Source of the DNA: a virus
Taxonomy: Duplodnaviria; Caudoviricetes
Strand: one strand, 5' to 3'
IMG/VR virus record: IMGVR_UViG_3300049141_000098
Span: 96,001-160,000 of that record
DNA: 64,000 nt
In this document: piece by piece, positions 27,094 to 35,533 of the stretch
How positions within the stretch are numbered: position 1 is the stretch's first letter
How the letters are laid out: every line of letters begins with the position of its first letter
Notes under the pieces: generated by a model
Databases searched by the model: none
Told to the model about the DNA's origin: nothing
Seen by the model: the letters and a program-made list of their open reading frames with translations, nothing else
Program-made: the position numbers and the translations under genes

Positions 27094-29385
27094 ATGTCCA
27101 ACACTCTTGAGCCCAGCAGTTTCATCGATTCCGCCTCGTTTGTTCTGCCACCCAAGGTGGCCAAGCTTGACGCGGTGCGCAAGCTCATCCCCCGCCTGAT
27201 GGAAGTGACCGGCCTCGGCGAGACGGCCGCGACCACCATCGCCCACTCCGTCGTCGACCCGACCGCCGTACGGACCGCCCTCGCCGAACCGCTGCCCGGC
27301 CTGACGGCGCACCGCCACTCCCATCTCCAGGTGATTCCGGCCCGGGTGTGGACCCCGTGGCTCACGCCTCCCGCTGACGACATCGCCCGCTACAGCACTC
27401 AGAAGACCCTCCCCATCGCGGACCCCTCTGTGCCGAGGACACCGACCCTCGAAGAGAGCCGTGACGGACTGACGTTGAGCTGGGCGACCGCCGCCGACCG
27501 GGACTGGCACCTGAAGGACAACCGGAAGATCTACGCTCAGGACATCTACCGGGACTCGTTGCGGATCTTCCCCGAGAAGGGCGGCATCATCACCCCGCTC
27601 GTGCTGGCGCCGCAGACGGAGCACTTCCAGGACGGTGGGGAGGCGCTGAGTCTGCTGCGCATCGCCGACGGCCGTTACCGCTACTACGGCGTGCTGGACC
27701 TGCTGGAGCGGTATGCCGACCTCGAACAGGCCGCATTGGACGGCCACTTCGGGCCCGGCGTCATCACTCCTGAGACCTTCCGCGCCGCCCTCGGCCGCGA
27801 CCGTATCGCTTTCAGCAAGGTCATCAACGCCGTCCGGGACGCCTGCATCCGGATCGGATATGGCGAGGACCGCCAGCAGTACATCGGCGTGCACTACCTC
27901 GCCAGCATCCTGAGCCTGCCCGCCTACATTGCTGTGGGCACCGTAGACCCGGTCACCAGTGAGGTCCGCTCCATGGGCACCGACCGGGGCTACCCGGCGG
28001 GTGTCGGTTACACCCTCGGCCACGGTGTCGGCGCCTGGCACACGGGCAATCCCGCTCGCGTTGTGGTTACCGGCCAGCGGGAGTTCAATGGCCTGCTGCT
28101 GCCGGAGGCCTCGGTCGACACCGGCCTGATCGACGTCGCCACCAAGCGGCTACGCGTTCGGGGTGTCAACAAGAGCGTGATCGAAGCCGGTGAGAGGGGA
28201 CGCCTTGGCGCCGCCGCCCGGTTCGTATGGTGGTGCAGGGCCATCGGGCAGCTCGGGGGTACACCGGCCACCGCAGTGGCCGCCTTCGCCCGGCACACCG
28301 TCAGCGAGGGGCCATGGCCGCAGACCATCTCCCAGGCTCTGCTGGCCTGTGCCTCGCATCTGATGGAGGAGGATCGCGACGTCGTCTATCCTGCCGGGGA
28401 TCACCGTGACGCTGAGAGCGGCCCCGACTCCCTGTGGCTGCTGGTAGCCGACGCCAGGAACCTGACCCCCGTTGCCGCACTCGACGTTCAGGGCTACAAG
28501 CTGCTGGCGCATCCGCGCTGGCGTAACGCCACTCACATCGCCCTGGCTCACCTGGCTCTGATCGGTGCTCTCCCGGCGGAGGATCCTCTGCCGGGGCAGG
28601 TTCTCAACCCGCACCTGCTGTCCGGGGTTGCTCTTGCCTGGGCGAACAACAAGGCCCTGGTCCTGACCCGGGCGGACGGAACCGTCCTCCGGGACGACGA
28701 GGGACGGGTGATCCCCATCGACGGGCGCACTCTGGGGCAGGTCGATCCGCCGTGGATCGACAAGATGCTCTACCAGGGATTCGAGTACATGCAGCCCCCC
28801 ACGGCAGCCAGCCCGATCCCCGGAGCCAGCCACATCTTCAAGATCCGTCATGACGTGGTCTACACGATCCCTTCTGAGCCGCTCGACGAGGATGCCATCG
28901 AGGCGACTCCGGAGGCCTTGGCCAAGGTGGTGCGCCGCTGGTTCCCCGACGCGACCGGCATCGTCCTGACGGACTGGAGCGACAAGTTCATCACCGGCGT
29001 AATGGTCGGCAGCGTGTACGTGCGCCTCTTCGACCGCAGGGGCGAGATGGAGGACGCCCGCAGCCGAGGAGTTTGGTACCCGGAAGGCCGCCCGCCCGGC
29101 ACCAAGGACATCGTCGACTTCGACACCGTCGGGTCCGGCGCCCCGGTGGGCACCCTGTTCGGCGCCGGAGACTGGCTCGTCGACACCGTCAGCAACGGCG
29201 CCGGAGTTGACATGGTCGCCGCCGACGAAGCCTGGTACCAGGAGCTGGACGACGCGATCATCCAGGAGGTCGACGACGCCCTGGAAATCCAGAAGGCGGC
29301 CGACATCAAGGCCGGGGACAAGCCGGATACCCGATGGGAGGTGCCGGTGCTCCGGCTGCCGGAGGTCGGAAAGGGGAAGAGGTGA
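27094..29385 (+). CDS. large hypothetical protein with possible ParB/Srx-like segment
   Basis: 763 aa; GIITPLVL...LRIADGRYRY resembles ParB-like G..P.vv...i.dG.rR. Confidence 0.75.
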   Translation: MSNTLEPSSFIDSASFVLPPKVAKLDAVRKLIPRLMEVTGLGETAATTIAHSVVDPTAVRTALAEPLPGLTAHRHSHLQVIPARVWTPWLTPPADDIARYSTQKTLPIADPSVPRTPTLEESRDGLTLSWATAADRDWHLKDNRKIYAQDIYRDSLRIFPEKGGIITPLVLAPQTEHFQDGGEALSLLRIADGRYRYYGVLDLLERYADLEQAALDGHFGPGVITPETFRAALGRDRIAFSKVINAVRDACIRIGYGEDRQQYIGVHYLASILSLPAYIAVGTVDPVTSEVRSMGTDRGYPAGVGYTLGHGVGAWHTGNPARVVVTGQREFNGLLLPEASVDTGLIDVATKRLRVRGVNKSVIEAGERGRLGAAARFVWWCRAIGQLGGTPATAVAAFARHTVSEGPWPQTISQALLACASHLMEEDRDVVYPAGDHRDAESGPDSLWLLVADARNLTPVAALDVQGYKLLAHPRWRNATHIALAHLALIGALPAEDPLPGQVLNPHLLSGVALAWANNKALVLTRADGTVLRDDEGRVIPIDGRTLGQVDPPWIDKMLYQGFEYMQPPTAASPIPGASHIFKIRHDVVYTIPSEPLDEDAIEATPEALAKVVRRWFPDATGIVLTDWSDKFITGVMVGSVYVRLFDRRGEMEDARSRGVWYPEGRPPGTKDIVDFDTVGSGAPVGTLFGAGDWLVDTVSNGAGVDMVAADEAWYQELDDAIIQEVDDALEIQKAADIKAGDKPDTRWEVPVLRLPEVGKGKR

Positions 29386-29834
29386 CGGGGCGTCCACCCG
29401 GAACCACCCCAAGGCAGGCCAGAGAGGAGTTGCGCGCTGCCGGGTATGAGCCGCTGGAGCCTTACCCCGGCACGGTCCTGGAGCCCTGGCGCGTGCGCTG
29501 CGTTGAATGCGAAGCAGAACGCACCATCACCCTCAACTACATACGCCGAGGGAGGCGCTGCCTCCATAAGGACCCGGACCGCCTCCGGGTTCCGACGGAC
29601 GTGGCAGAGGAGGAGCTGCGCGCGGCAGGTTACAGGCCCCTGGAGCCGTACCCGGGCAGTGTGGGGGCCGGATGGTTGGCGATGTGCCTCACGTGTGGCA
29701 ACCAACGTCGCCCTTCTGTCACGAAAATTCGGCAAGGGCGCCGTTGCGGACACCTCAACATCTATGAACCGCAGCGATTCAGCGGCACAGGGGCTGACAC
29801 CTCTGCGCCGCCTTCGGAAGGAGAAGGAAAGTGA
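29382..29834 (+). CDS. protein with two tandem Zn-ribbon-like repeats
   Basis: ELRAAGY.PLEPYPG....W...C..C......I..GRRC.H twice. Confidence 0.75.
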   Translation: MTGRPPGTTPRQAREELRAAGYEPLEPYPGTVLEPWRVRCVECEAERTITLNYIRRGRRCLHKDPDRLRVPTDVAEEELRAAGYRPLEPYPGSVGAGWLAMCLTCGNQRRPSVTKIRQGRRCGHLNIYEPQRFSGTGADTSAPPSEGEGK

Positions 29835-30361
29835 CCAAGGAAACCCCTCTCGACGAGCCGTGGACCTGTCACGACTGCGGCAAGCAGCAGCAGCTCGTCA
29901 CCCACAACGGCAAGTCGTTCTACAGCAACAGCGGCTGGTACTGGGTGCAGCTCCATCCGGGCGAGAAGCCCGTCTACCTCGACATGGGCTGCTTCAACTC
30001 CTACGACCAGGACTGGCCGGACTACGAAGGTACACACGAGACCTCGGCGTGGCGTGGTGGCGAGTGGGAGGGCATGTGGCTATGGGTGCTGCCCAGCGAC
30101 TACTTCGCCCGTCGCGATGCCTACCGCATCCTGCCCCGTTGGGAAATGGCGGGTGACGGCTGGCGTCTGGTGACTCACGACAACCGAATCCTCGGCTACC
30201 TCAAGGGCTACACGGGCGACGTGCGCAAGAAGGGCATGTACGAGCAGTTGGATGCCGACCGGAATCGGCTGCCCGACAGTGAACCCATGCCCTTCACGTA
30301 CGCCAAGGGTGCGGTCCACGTGTATCTCGGACTCGGCGGTCCGGGGATGGTGCAGCGATGA
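29831..30361 (+). CDS. hypothetical protein
   Basis: GTGA overlap; Trp/Tyr-rich. Confidence 0.7.
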   Translation: MTKETPLDEPWTCHDCGKQQQLVTHNGKSFYSNSGWYWVQLHPGEKPVYLDMGCFNSYDQDWPDYEGTHETSAWRGGEWEGMWLWVLPSDYFARRDAYRILPRWEMAGDGWRLVTHDNRILGYLKGYTGDVRKKGMYEQLDADRNRLPDSEPMPFTYAKGAVHVYLGLGGPGMVQR

Positions 30362-30582
30362 CCGGAAGCTGGCATATCCGTCAGCGACTGGCCCCTCTTC
30401 CGCTGATCCCGGCGCCGGTGGCGCTGATGCAGGAGCTGGTGAAGGAGGATGCGTCAACCGACAGGGTTGCGGAGATCCTGGCCGACTACCCGCCGGATGA
30501 GCTGCGGGTGATGGCCGCCAAACTGGCTGAGATGGCCGAGATGGTCAACGACTATGCCGACAAAAGGAAGATGCGGCGATGA
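30358..30582 (+). CDS. hypothetical protein
   Basis: ATGA overlap. Confidence 0.6.
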   Translation: MTGSWHIRQRLAPLPLIPAPVALMQELVKEDASTDRVAEILADYPPDELRVMAAKLAEMAEMVNDYADKRKMRR

Positions 30583-31142
30583 CGACCAACCAGACTCCGT
30601 ACGCCCCCGGCTGCCCGGTCAAGGGCGAACACTCTCCACTCCCCCACCTGGAAGGTGTCTATCCTGCCATCGGCAGCGTCCCCGACATGTCGAAGGCGAT
30701 CACCGCCTTCATGGTGGACTGCATCCCCTGCGTGGAGCGTCATCGCGGCCTGGCTGGTCAGCACTCGGACTTGGTCCACGAGGCGCTGTGGCTGTGGCTG
30801 GGGACTGTCGCCACGACCCGTGTCGGCATGGGGCTGCCGCCGGTCGCGACCGCCGCCGACATGATGGACGGTCTGTTCGAGAACCTCGTGGCCACCCTGC
30901 CGTCTATCAGCGAGAAGGCCGCCAGTCCCACGCACAAGATCTTCCAAGGCCTCTCCCTGTATGCGGTTGCGGCCCCGGGAGGGCAGGGCAACGTCTGGCA
31001 GCAGGCGGACCTCCAGCGCGCGCTTGACGCGCTGAATGCAGAGCACCGGGAGCTGGTCTGGATCGACGTCATTACCCTGCTCGGCGGCTGGTATCAGGGT
31101 GCAACGCGTGCTCACTGGGAGGCGGAAGGGGTAGAGCCGTGA
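30579..31142 (+). CDS. hypothetical protein
   Basis: ATGA overlap. Confidence 0.7.
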   Translation: MTTNQTPYAPGCPVKGEHSPLPHLEGVYPAIGSVPDMSKAITAFMVDCIPCVERHRGLAGQHSDLVHEALWLWLGTVATTRVGMGLPPVATAADMMDGLFENLVATLPSISEKAASPTHKIFQGLSLYAVAAPGGQGNVWQQADLQRALDALNAEHRELVWIDVITLLGGWYQGATRAHWEAEGVEP

Positions 31143-32233
31143 CGATCAATCAGCCGTCGCTGGACGTCGCGTCCGAGGAGCTGAACCGAGTCGAGGAGCT
31201 GGTTCGGTATCTCGCCGCCCATGACGGTCGTTTGCCGACCGACGATATGCCTCTGGCGTGGTGGGCGCTCGATGTGCTGGACGGGCCGCGCAGCTCTCCG
31301 GTGCACCGACTTCTGCAAGACATCCCCTTGAGGGATCTCAGTCGCCCATTCTCTCCCGGACGGGCCGCCACCTGGGCGAAGTTCGTCCAGCGCCTGGACC
31401 AGCTCGACTGGATGGAGTATCGGGGTGAAACCCTGGACGACACGGTGACGAAGGATCTCGAAACCTGGGCCCAGTCCGCCGTGGTCCGCTATCTCTCAGG
31501 CAGCATGAAGCCCACCGAGGAGTTGCTGCTGCGCAAGCGGCCGGTGTGGAGCTTCGAGCGACCGCTGTCCGGCAAGCGGCGCAATCAGGCGGCCTGGGGA
31601 ATCGGCCTGCGGGAGGTGAAGGCATTCCACCGAACGCACGGCCACACAGACATCCCCGAGGATCTGATCGTCGAGGGGGTCCCCGTCAGGCTGTGGTGGA
31701 AGCAGGCGCGCGACCGGTACGCCGGAAACGGCCTGAAGCCCCACGATCGCCAGCGCCTGGAGGGCTTGAAGCTCGACCTGCGCAGCGACGGGGAGCTGGC
31801 CAAGGCCGAAAAGCGCAAGGCGGCTGAGGAGCGTCATCGGCAGGCCATGGAGAATCGGCAACGGGCCAAGGAGGGGGTCATCAGGGCCATTGCCGAGCGG
31901 CGAGGGGTGGATGACATTCGCCCGGTCCTGAAGGCCATCCGCTCCTTCGCCGACCAGTACGGGCATACCGGCATTCCCGTCGGCGCCGTCACGGAGGAGG
32001 ATGGGATCGAGTTCGGACGGTTCGTTGACCAGTGGCGTCGCATGTACGCGGCACGTGGACGGCAATTCGGCGGAGACCGGGAGCTGCGGGACGCGCTGGA
32101 GTCCATTCCGCAGTGGACGTGGATGCGAACCCCCGCCTCGCCAACGGTCCAGCGACCTGCTCCGGTCGCGATCCCCGAGGACACCACACAGATGAACCGT
32201 TCGGGACTGAGGCAGTTCCTGCCCGCTGACTGA
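31139..32233 (+). CDS. helicase-associated (HA) domain protein without a helicase core
   Basis: W..GL..VKAFHRTHGHTDIP....VEGVPVRLWW..AR..Y...L....RLEGL and a second copy SFADQYGHTGIP...FGRFVDQWR. Confidence 0.75.
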   Translation: MTINQPSLDVASEELNRVEELVRYLAAHDGRLPTDDMPLAWWALDVLDGPRSSPVHRLLQDIPLRDLSRPFSPGRAATWAKFVQRLDQLDWMEYRGETLDDTVTKDLETWAQSAVVRYLSGSMKPTEELLLRKRPVWSFERPLSGKRRNQAAWGIGLREVKAFHRTHGHTDIPEDLIVEGVPVRLWWKQARDRYAGNGLKPHDRQRLEGLKLDLRSDGELAKAEKRKAAEERHRQAMENRQRAKEGVIRAIAERRGVDDIRPVLKAIRSFADQYGHTGIPVGAVTEEDGIEFGRFVDQWRRMYAARGRQFGGDRELRDALESIPQWTWMRTPASPTVQRPAPVAIPEDTTQMNRSGLRQFLPAD

Positions 32234-32249
32234 GCGGCTGGGCGTTCAC

Positions 32250-32284
32250 GAAACCCCCTGGAGGGTTGCTCCCCAGGGGGTTTC
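32250..32284 (+). terminator. intrinsic terminator-like hairpin
   Basis: GAAACCCCCTGG ... CCAGGGGGTTTC. Confidence 0.7.
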
Positions 32285-32416
32285 TCCTACCCCTACCTTA
32301 GATTGTGTCTAAAAGTTGCAACTCCGAGGATCTCGAAAATTGTAATTGTGATCATGGATGTGACTGTGTCAGGATGGTCTTACCCCCGCAAAGGGGGCTC
32401 GGGAAGGGGAAGATCA

Positions 32417-34177
32417 ATGAATGCACAGCCTGAGACGATGGCCCTGACGGCCTTCCGCAGTGAACTCACCGACGTCATCGGACGGCTCGATGAAACAGGC
32501 CCAGTACGGCTGAAGAACCACGGCAGCGTCGTCGCCGAGATCCGCTCGGCCACCCCAGAGGGCGACCGGCGGTACGCCGCAGGCATCCTGGAGGCGTTCT
32601 TCTACCTCGAAGAGAAGTGCAGTACCGGGCTCACCGGAAATCTGGTCAATGTCGGCGTCGACACGCTGGAGGCGCTGATCGAGCTGGCGAGCCGTCACAA
32701 GGCGCTCATGGAAACCGGCGTCACCTTCGACCCCTATCCGGAGCACACTCTCCCTGAGAGCGGACCCCTGACGGTCGACGAAGCCCTGGCACGCCTCTAC
32801 TTCGGCGACAACTATCCGGACGCCACCGATGATCCGTACGCCTGGTTCGAGACCTGCACCATCCTCCAGGCTGAAGCCGCACACCGGGGTTTGGACGCCG
32901 AGCTGCCCTACCCCAACGCCTACGACGAGGACGAGCCCACCTTCGTCGAGCTGGCTATCTCCTCAGGTCACACCCCGCAGAGTCTGCTTCAGTTCGGGGT
33001 AAACGCCCTCGATCAGGGCGTACCCCTGAAAAGCCTGGCGGACCTCCTCGGCGAGAACGCCGTCCCTGCGGACGTCGTCTCCATGAAGGGCTATGACGAG
33101 TACTGGTTCACCCGGCTGACCGAGGCGGGGTTGCCTCACGGTGAGGCCGTGTCCCTTTACCGGGCCGGACGGAGTGGCGAAGTCGGTGACGCAATCGTTC
33201 TGGCCAGTGCTGGAATCCGCGCAGCCAAGGAGATCGAAGAGCTGCTCGACTCCAAGATCAACCTGTCGCTGGTGACCCGTGCTCACAGTGACGGCCTGAC
33301 CCCCGAGCAGTGGCGCGAGCGAGTCCCGCTGATTCAACATCTCAAGTACGAGAAGAGTGGGAATCTGCCCTTCGGTCTTCTCGTCGAGGCCGTCGAGGAG
33401 AAGGTGTCACTGGTTCGCTGGGACAAGAGCAATCTGCCCATCGAAGGGGAGAACTCGCGACGCTCCTTCCACGCAGACAGCAGTGAACGGCAGAAGATGT
33501 ACCCATGGGTGCACGTCTACCCCGATGGCGTCCTCGACCTCGCCCGTGCTGGTATCTCCCCCTCATTCATCATCGCTTTCGGTAAGCTGATGCGGCACCA
33601 CTTCAGCGACACCAGCTCCTCGGAAGAGTTCATCGCCAGCGCGATCGAAGCTCACGCCAAGGGCCTGACCGCTGACATGGCGAACGCCATGTCCCGCCTG
33701 GAGTCCAAGCAGCCGAAGTTCACTCCGGATCAGCTTGCTTCCGTCCTGAAGGAGGGCCTGTCCAGCACGGGTCAGGCGCATCACCTGGCCGACTGCTACG
33801 CCGACCCGGAGCAGTGGATCAAGGATCTGCGCGCCCGGCGCGAAGGGCAGTTGATGACGGACGCCTTCGTTGCCACGATGGAGCACACCGAGGCCTGGCA
33901 GGTCGTCAAGGATGCGGCCTGGGAGATGAAGGGCCTCATCAAGGCACGGGCGTTTAACGGAGGGGTCTACCTGAAGGAGATCGTCGAGAAGTTCACAGCC
34001 GGTGATCCTCTCAACGACTACGAACTGATGATTCTTCTCAGCCGCGCCGCGCACGCCTTCGGTGATCTCAGCTACCTGCCGAGGAGGTGGCGTGACAAGC
34101 ACGAGGGGCAGGCGGATGCCGTCCGCCAGCTCGCCAAGAGCTTCGACAAGGCCCACCGTCCCGTCGTGGGCAACTGA
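32417..34177 (+). CDS. 586-aa protein with N-terminal Phd/YefM-like domain
   Basis: MALTAFRSELTDVIGRLDETGPVRLKNHGSVVAEI matches the Phd/YefM pattern; rest unassigned. Confidence 0.7.
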   Translation: MNAQPETMALTAFRSELTDVIGRLDETGPVRLKNHGSVVAEIRSATPEGDRRYAAGILEAFFYLEEKCSTGLTGNLVNVGVDTLEALIELASRHKALMETGVTFDPYPEHTLPESGPLTVDEALARLYFGDNYPDATDDPYAWFETCTILQAEAAHRGLDAELPYPNAYDEDEPTFVELAISSGHTPQSLLQFGVNALDQGVPLKSLADLLGENAVPADVVSMKGYDEYWFTRLTEAGLPHGEAVSLYRAGRSGEVGDAIVLASAGIRAAKEIEELLDSKINLSLVTRAHSDGLTPEQWRERVPLIQHLKYEKSGNLPFGLLVEAVEEKVSLVRWDKSNLPIEGENSRRSFHADSSERQKMYPWVHVYPDGVLDLARAGISPSFIIAFGKLMRHHFSDTSSSEEFIASAIEAHAKGLTADMANAMSRLESKQPKFTPDQLASVLKEGLSSTGQAHHLADCYADPEQWIKDLRARREGQLMTDAFVATMEHTEAWQVVKDAAWEMKGLIKARAFNGGVYLKEIVEKFTAGDPLNDYELMILLSRAAHAFGDLSYLPRRWRDKHEGQADAVRQLAKSFDKAHRPVVGN

Positions 34178-34204
34178 GGAACCCTCAAGGAAAGGGGAAG
34201 GACA

Positions 34205-34423
34205 GTGAAGTTCTCGAAGAAGGTCGCCCTCGGGGTTGCTCTGGCGGCCGGTGCCGCGTGGGCTGTGTATCGAGCGAAGGTTCGCGCTGATCAGGCCTGG
34301 TTCCGGACGCCGGAGTGGCAGGCCGGTGAGCGCGAGGCCGACCAGGAGCTGAAGGACGGCAAGGGTGTGATCTTCGACAGTCCGGAGGACATGTTCACGG
34401 TGGTGGATCGTGCCGACATTTGA
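34205..34423 (+). CDS. antitoxin-like protein with hydrophobic N-terminus
   Basis: DQAWFRTPEWQAGEREADQELKDG...FDSPEDM typical of actinobacterial antitoxin C-termini; overlaps the toxin gene. Confidence 0.65.
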   Translation: MKFSKKVALGVALAAGAAWAVYRAKVRADQAWFRTPEWQAGEREADQELKDGKGVIFDSPEDMFTVVDRADI

Positions 34424-34739
34424 GCAGACTCCGCGCTTCCTTAAGGACCTCAAGCGTCTGGATTCGCAGAGTCTGGAACGCTTCAAGCAGGTTGTTCTGG
34501 AGCAGTTCGTGCCGGACGTCGATGCCGGAACCTTCCGCAAGTCGCTGCGAGTGAAGCAGATGCAGGGCACCCCGAAGGGGCAGGTCGTCTACGAGATGAC
34601 GTGGGCCCACGACGGCCGGGCCACCTTCCAGTATGGCGAGGAGATCAAGGACGGCGTTCCGCATGTCATCTGGCGTCGCGTCGGCACCCACAGCGCGCTC
34701 AACATCGTGCCGGGCAGGATGAGCAAGTTCAGCGGTTGA
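34410..34739 (+). CDS. RelE/ParE-like toxin
   Basis: PTFEQTPRFLKDLKRL...LRVKQMQG...YEMTWAHDGRATFQY...VIWRRVGTHS. Confidence 0.8.
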   Translation: MPTFEQTPRFLKDLKRLDSQSLERFKQVVLEQFVPDVDAGTFRKSLRVKQMQGTPKGQVVYEMTWAHDGRATFQYGEEIKDGVPHVIWRRVGTHSALNIVPGRMSKFSG

Positions 34740-34853
34740 TCTGGTGTCCTGCGGAACGTGCGCCGCCGAGCATGAGGACGGGCGACGGTTTCACTGGAAT
34801 TTCATTCCTCAAAACTGCTACAGAACAGCAAAGTTCTGCGCTAGAGTTGAAGA

Positions 34854-34893
34854 GTCAGCCGATGAACCGAGGTTGAGCGGCGAGTCGGCTGAC
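34854..34893 (+). other. leader hairpin upstream of the tRNA array
   Basis: GTCAGCCGA / TCGGCTGAC; TAGAGT -10-like hexamer at 34842-34847. Confidence 0.5.
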
Positions 34894-34895
34894 GT

Positions 34896-34971
34896 AGGGG
34901 TGTAGCTCAGTTGGCCAGAGCGCCGGTCTCCAAAACCGGGTCTGTCGCGAGTTCGAATCTCGCCTCCCCTG
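34896..34971 (+). tRNA. tRNA-Trp (CCA)
   Basis: anticodon arm CCGGT CTCCAAA ACCGG; T-loop TTCGAAT; CCA end not encoded. Confidence 0.9.
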
Positions 34972-35011
34972 CTGATCCCCGGGGTGCCACCCCCGTCTCC
35001 CCGGGGATCGC

Positions 35012-35085
35012 CGGGATGTAGCGCAGCTTGGTAGCGCGTCCGCTTTGGGAGCGGAAGGCCGTGGGTTCAAATCCCGCCATCCCGA
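35012..35085 (+). tRNA. tRNA-Pro (TGG)
   Basis: CGGGATG/CATCCCG acceptor; TCCGC TTTGGGA GCGGA. Confidence 0.92.
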
Positions 35086-35087
35086 CT

Positions 35088-35218
35088 GGCGATCAGTAAG
35101 ATCTGGTTGCTCGGCACCGTGCACGGCCCGCTAGCGCGGCTCATGTCCCGACATACTGGAAAGAGCGACAGCGCGGGGCAAGCCGTGAAGAGTGTGCGAA
35201 CACGGCGCACCTCTCGCC
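35088..35218 (+). ncRNA. candidate multi-branched structured RNA
   Basis: GGCGA/TCGCC closing stem; GTTGCTC/GAGCGAC enclosing three small hairpins; further hairpins at 35172-35187 and 35189-35214. Confidence 0.4.
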
Positions 35219-35232
35219 CACAACTGAACAGC

Positions 35233-35359
35233 TCTTCCGTAGTCCAGCGGCCTAAGACAGTGCGGTCGTGGGGATCGAGACCCCAGAGGTTAAAACCTCG
35301 AACCGCTTCGGCGGAATGGCCCCGACGCACTAACGCGGGTTCAAATCCCGTCGGAAGAG
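35233..35359 (+). ncRNA. tRNA-like RNA with a 61-nt three-hairpin region in place of the anticodon loop
   Basis: TCTTCCG/CGGAAGA acceptor, GTC-CAGCGGCCTAA-GAC D arm, GTGCG/CGCAC anticodon stem, GCGGG-TTCAAAT-CCCGT T arm. Confidence 0.75.
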
Positions 35360-35367
35360 AATCACAT

Positions 35368-35447
35368 GAGGTCAGTGACGGAATTGGTAGACGTTGGTGA
35401 GGGTGCACGCCAAGCCCCTCGTGCGGGTTCGAACCCCGCCTGATCTC
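35368..35447 (+). ncRNA. tRNA-like RNA with a Leu-type D arm and non-canonical anticodon region
   Basis: GAGGTCAG/CTGATCTC, ACG-GAATTGGTAGA-CGT, GCGGG-TTCGAAC-CCCGC; no U33-containing 7-nt loop on a standard 5-bp stem. Confidence 0.7.
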
Positions 35448-35450
35448 CTG

Positions 35451-35508
35451 AACCCCGAGGACTCTGTCCTCTTTCTCAGGGCGTCGTCCAAGGGAGTTCT
35501 CGGGGTTT
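35451..35508 (+). terminator. long hairpin
   Basis: AACCCCGAGGACTC ... GAGTTCTCGGGGTT. Confidence 0.5.
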
Positions 35509-35533
35509 TCACATACAGCGAAAGGGGTGGGGT

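Noticed and set aside
35265-35325. Group I intron in a tRNA anticodon loop
   Set aside because: Only 61 nt, with no P3-P7 core motifs
35088-35447. tmRNA or RNase P RNA
   Set aside because: No tmRNA Ala acceptor end with a tag reading frame, and no RNase P GAGGAAAGUCC core seen
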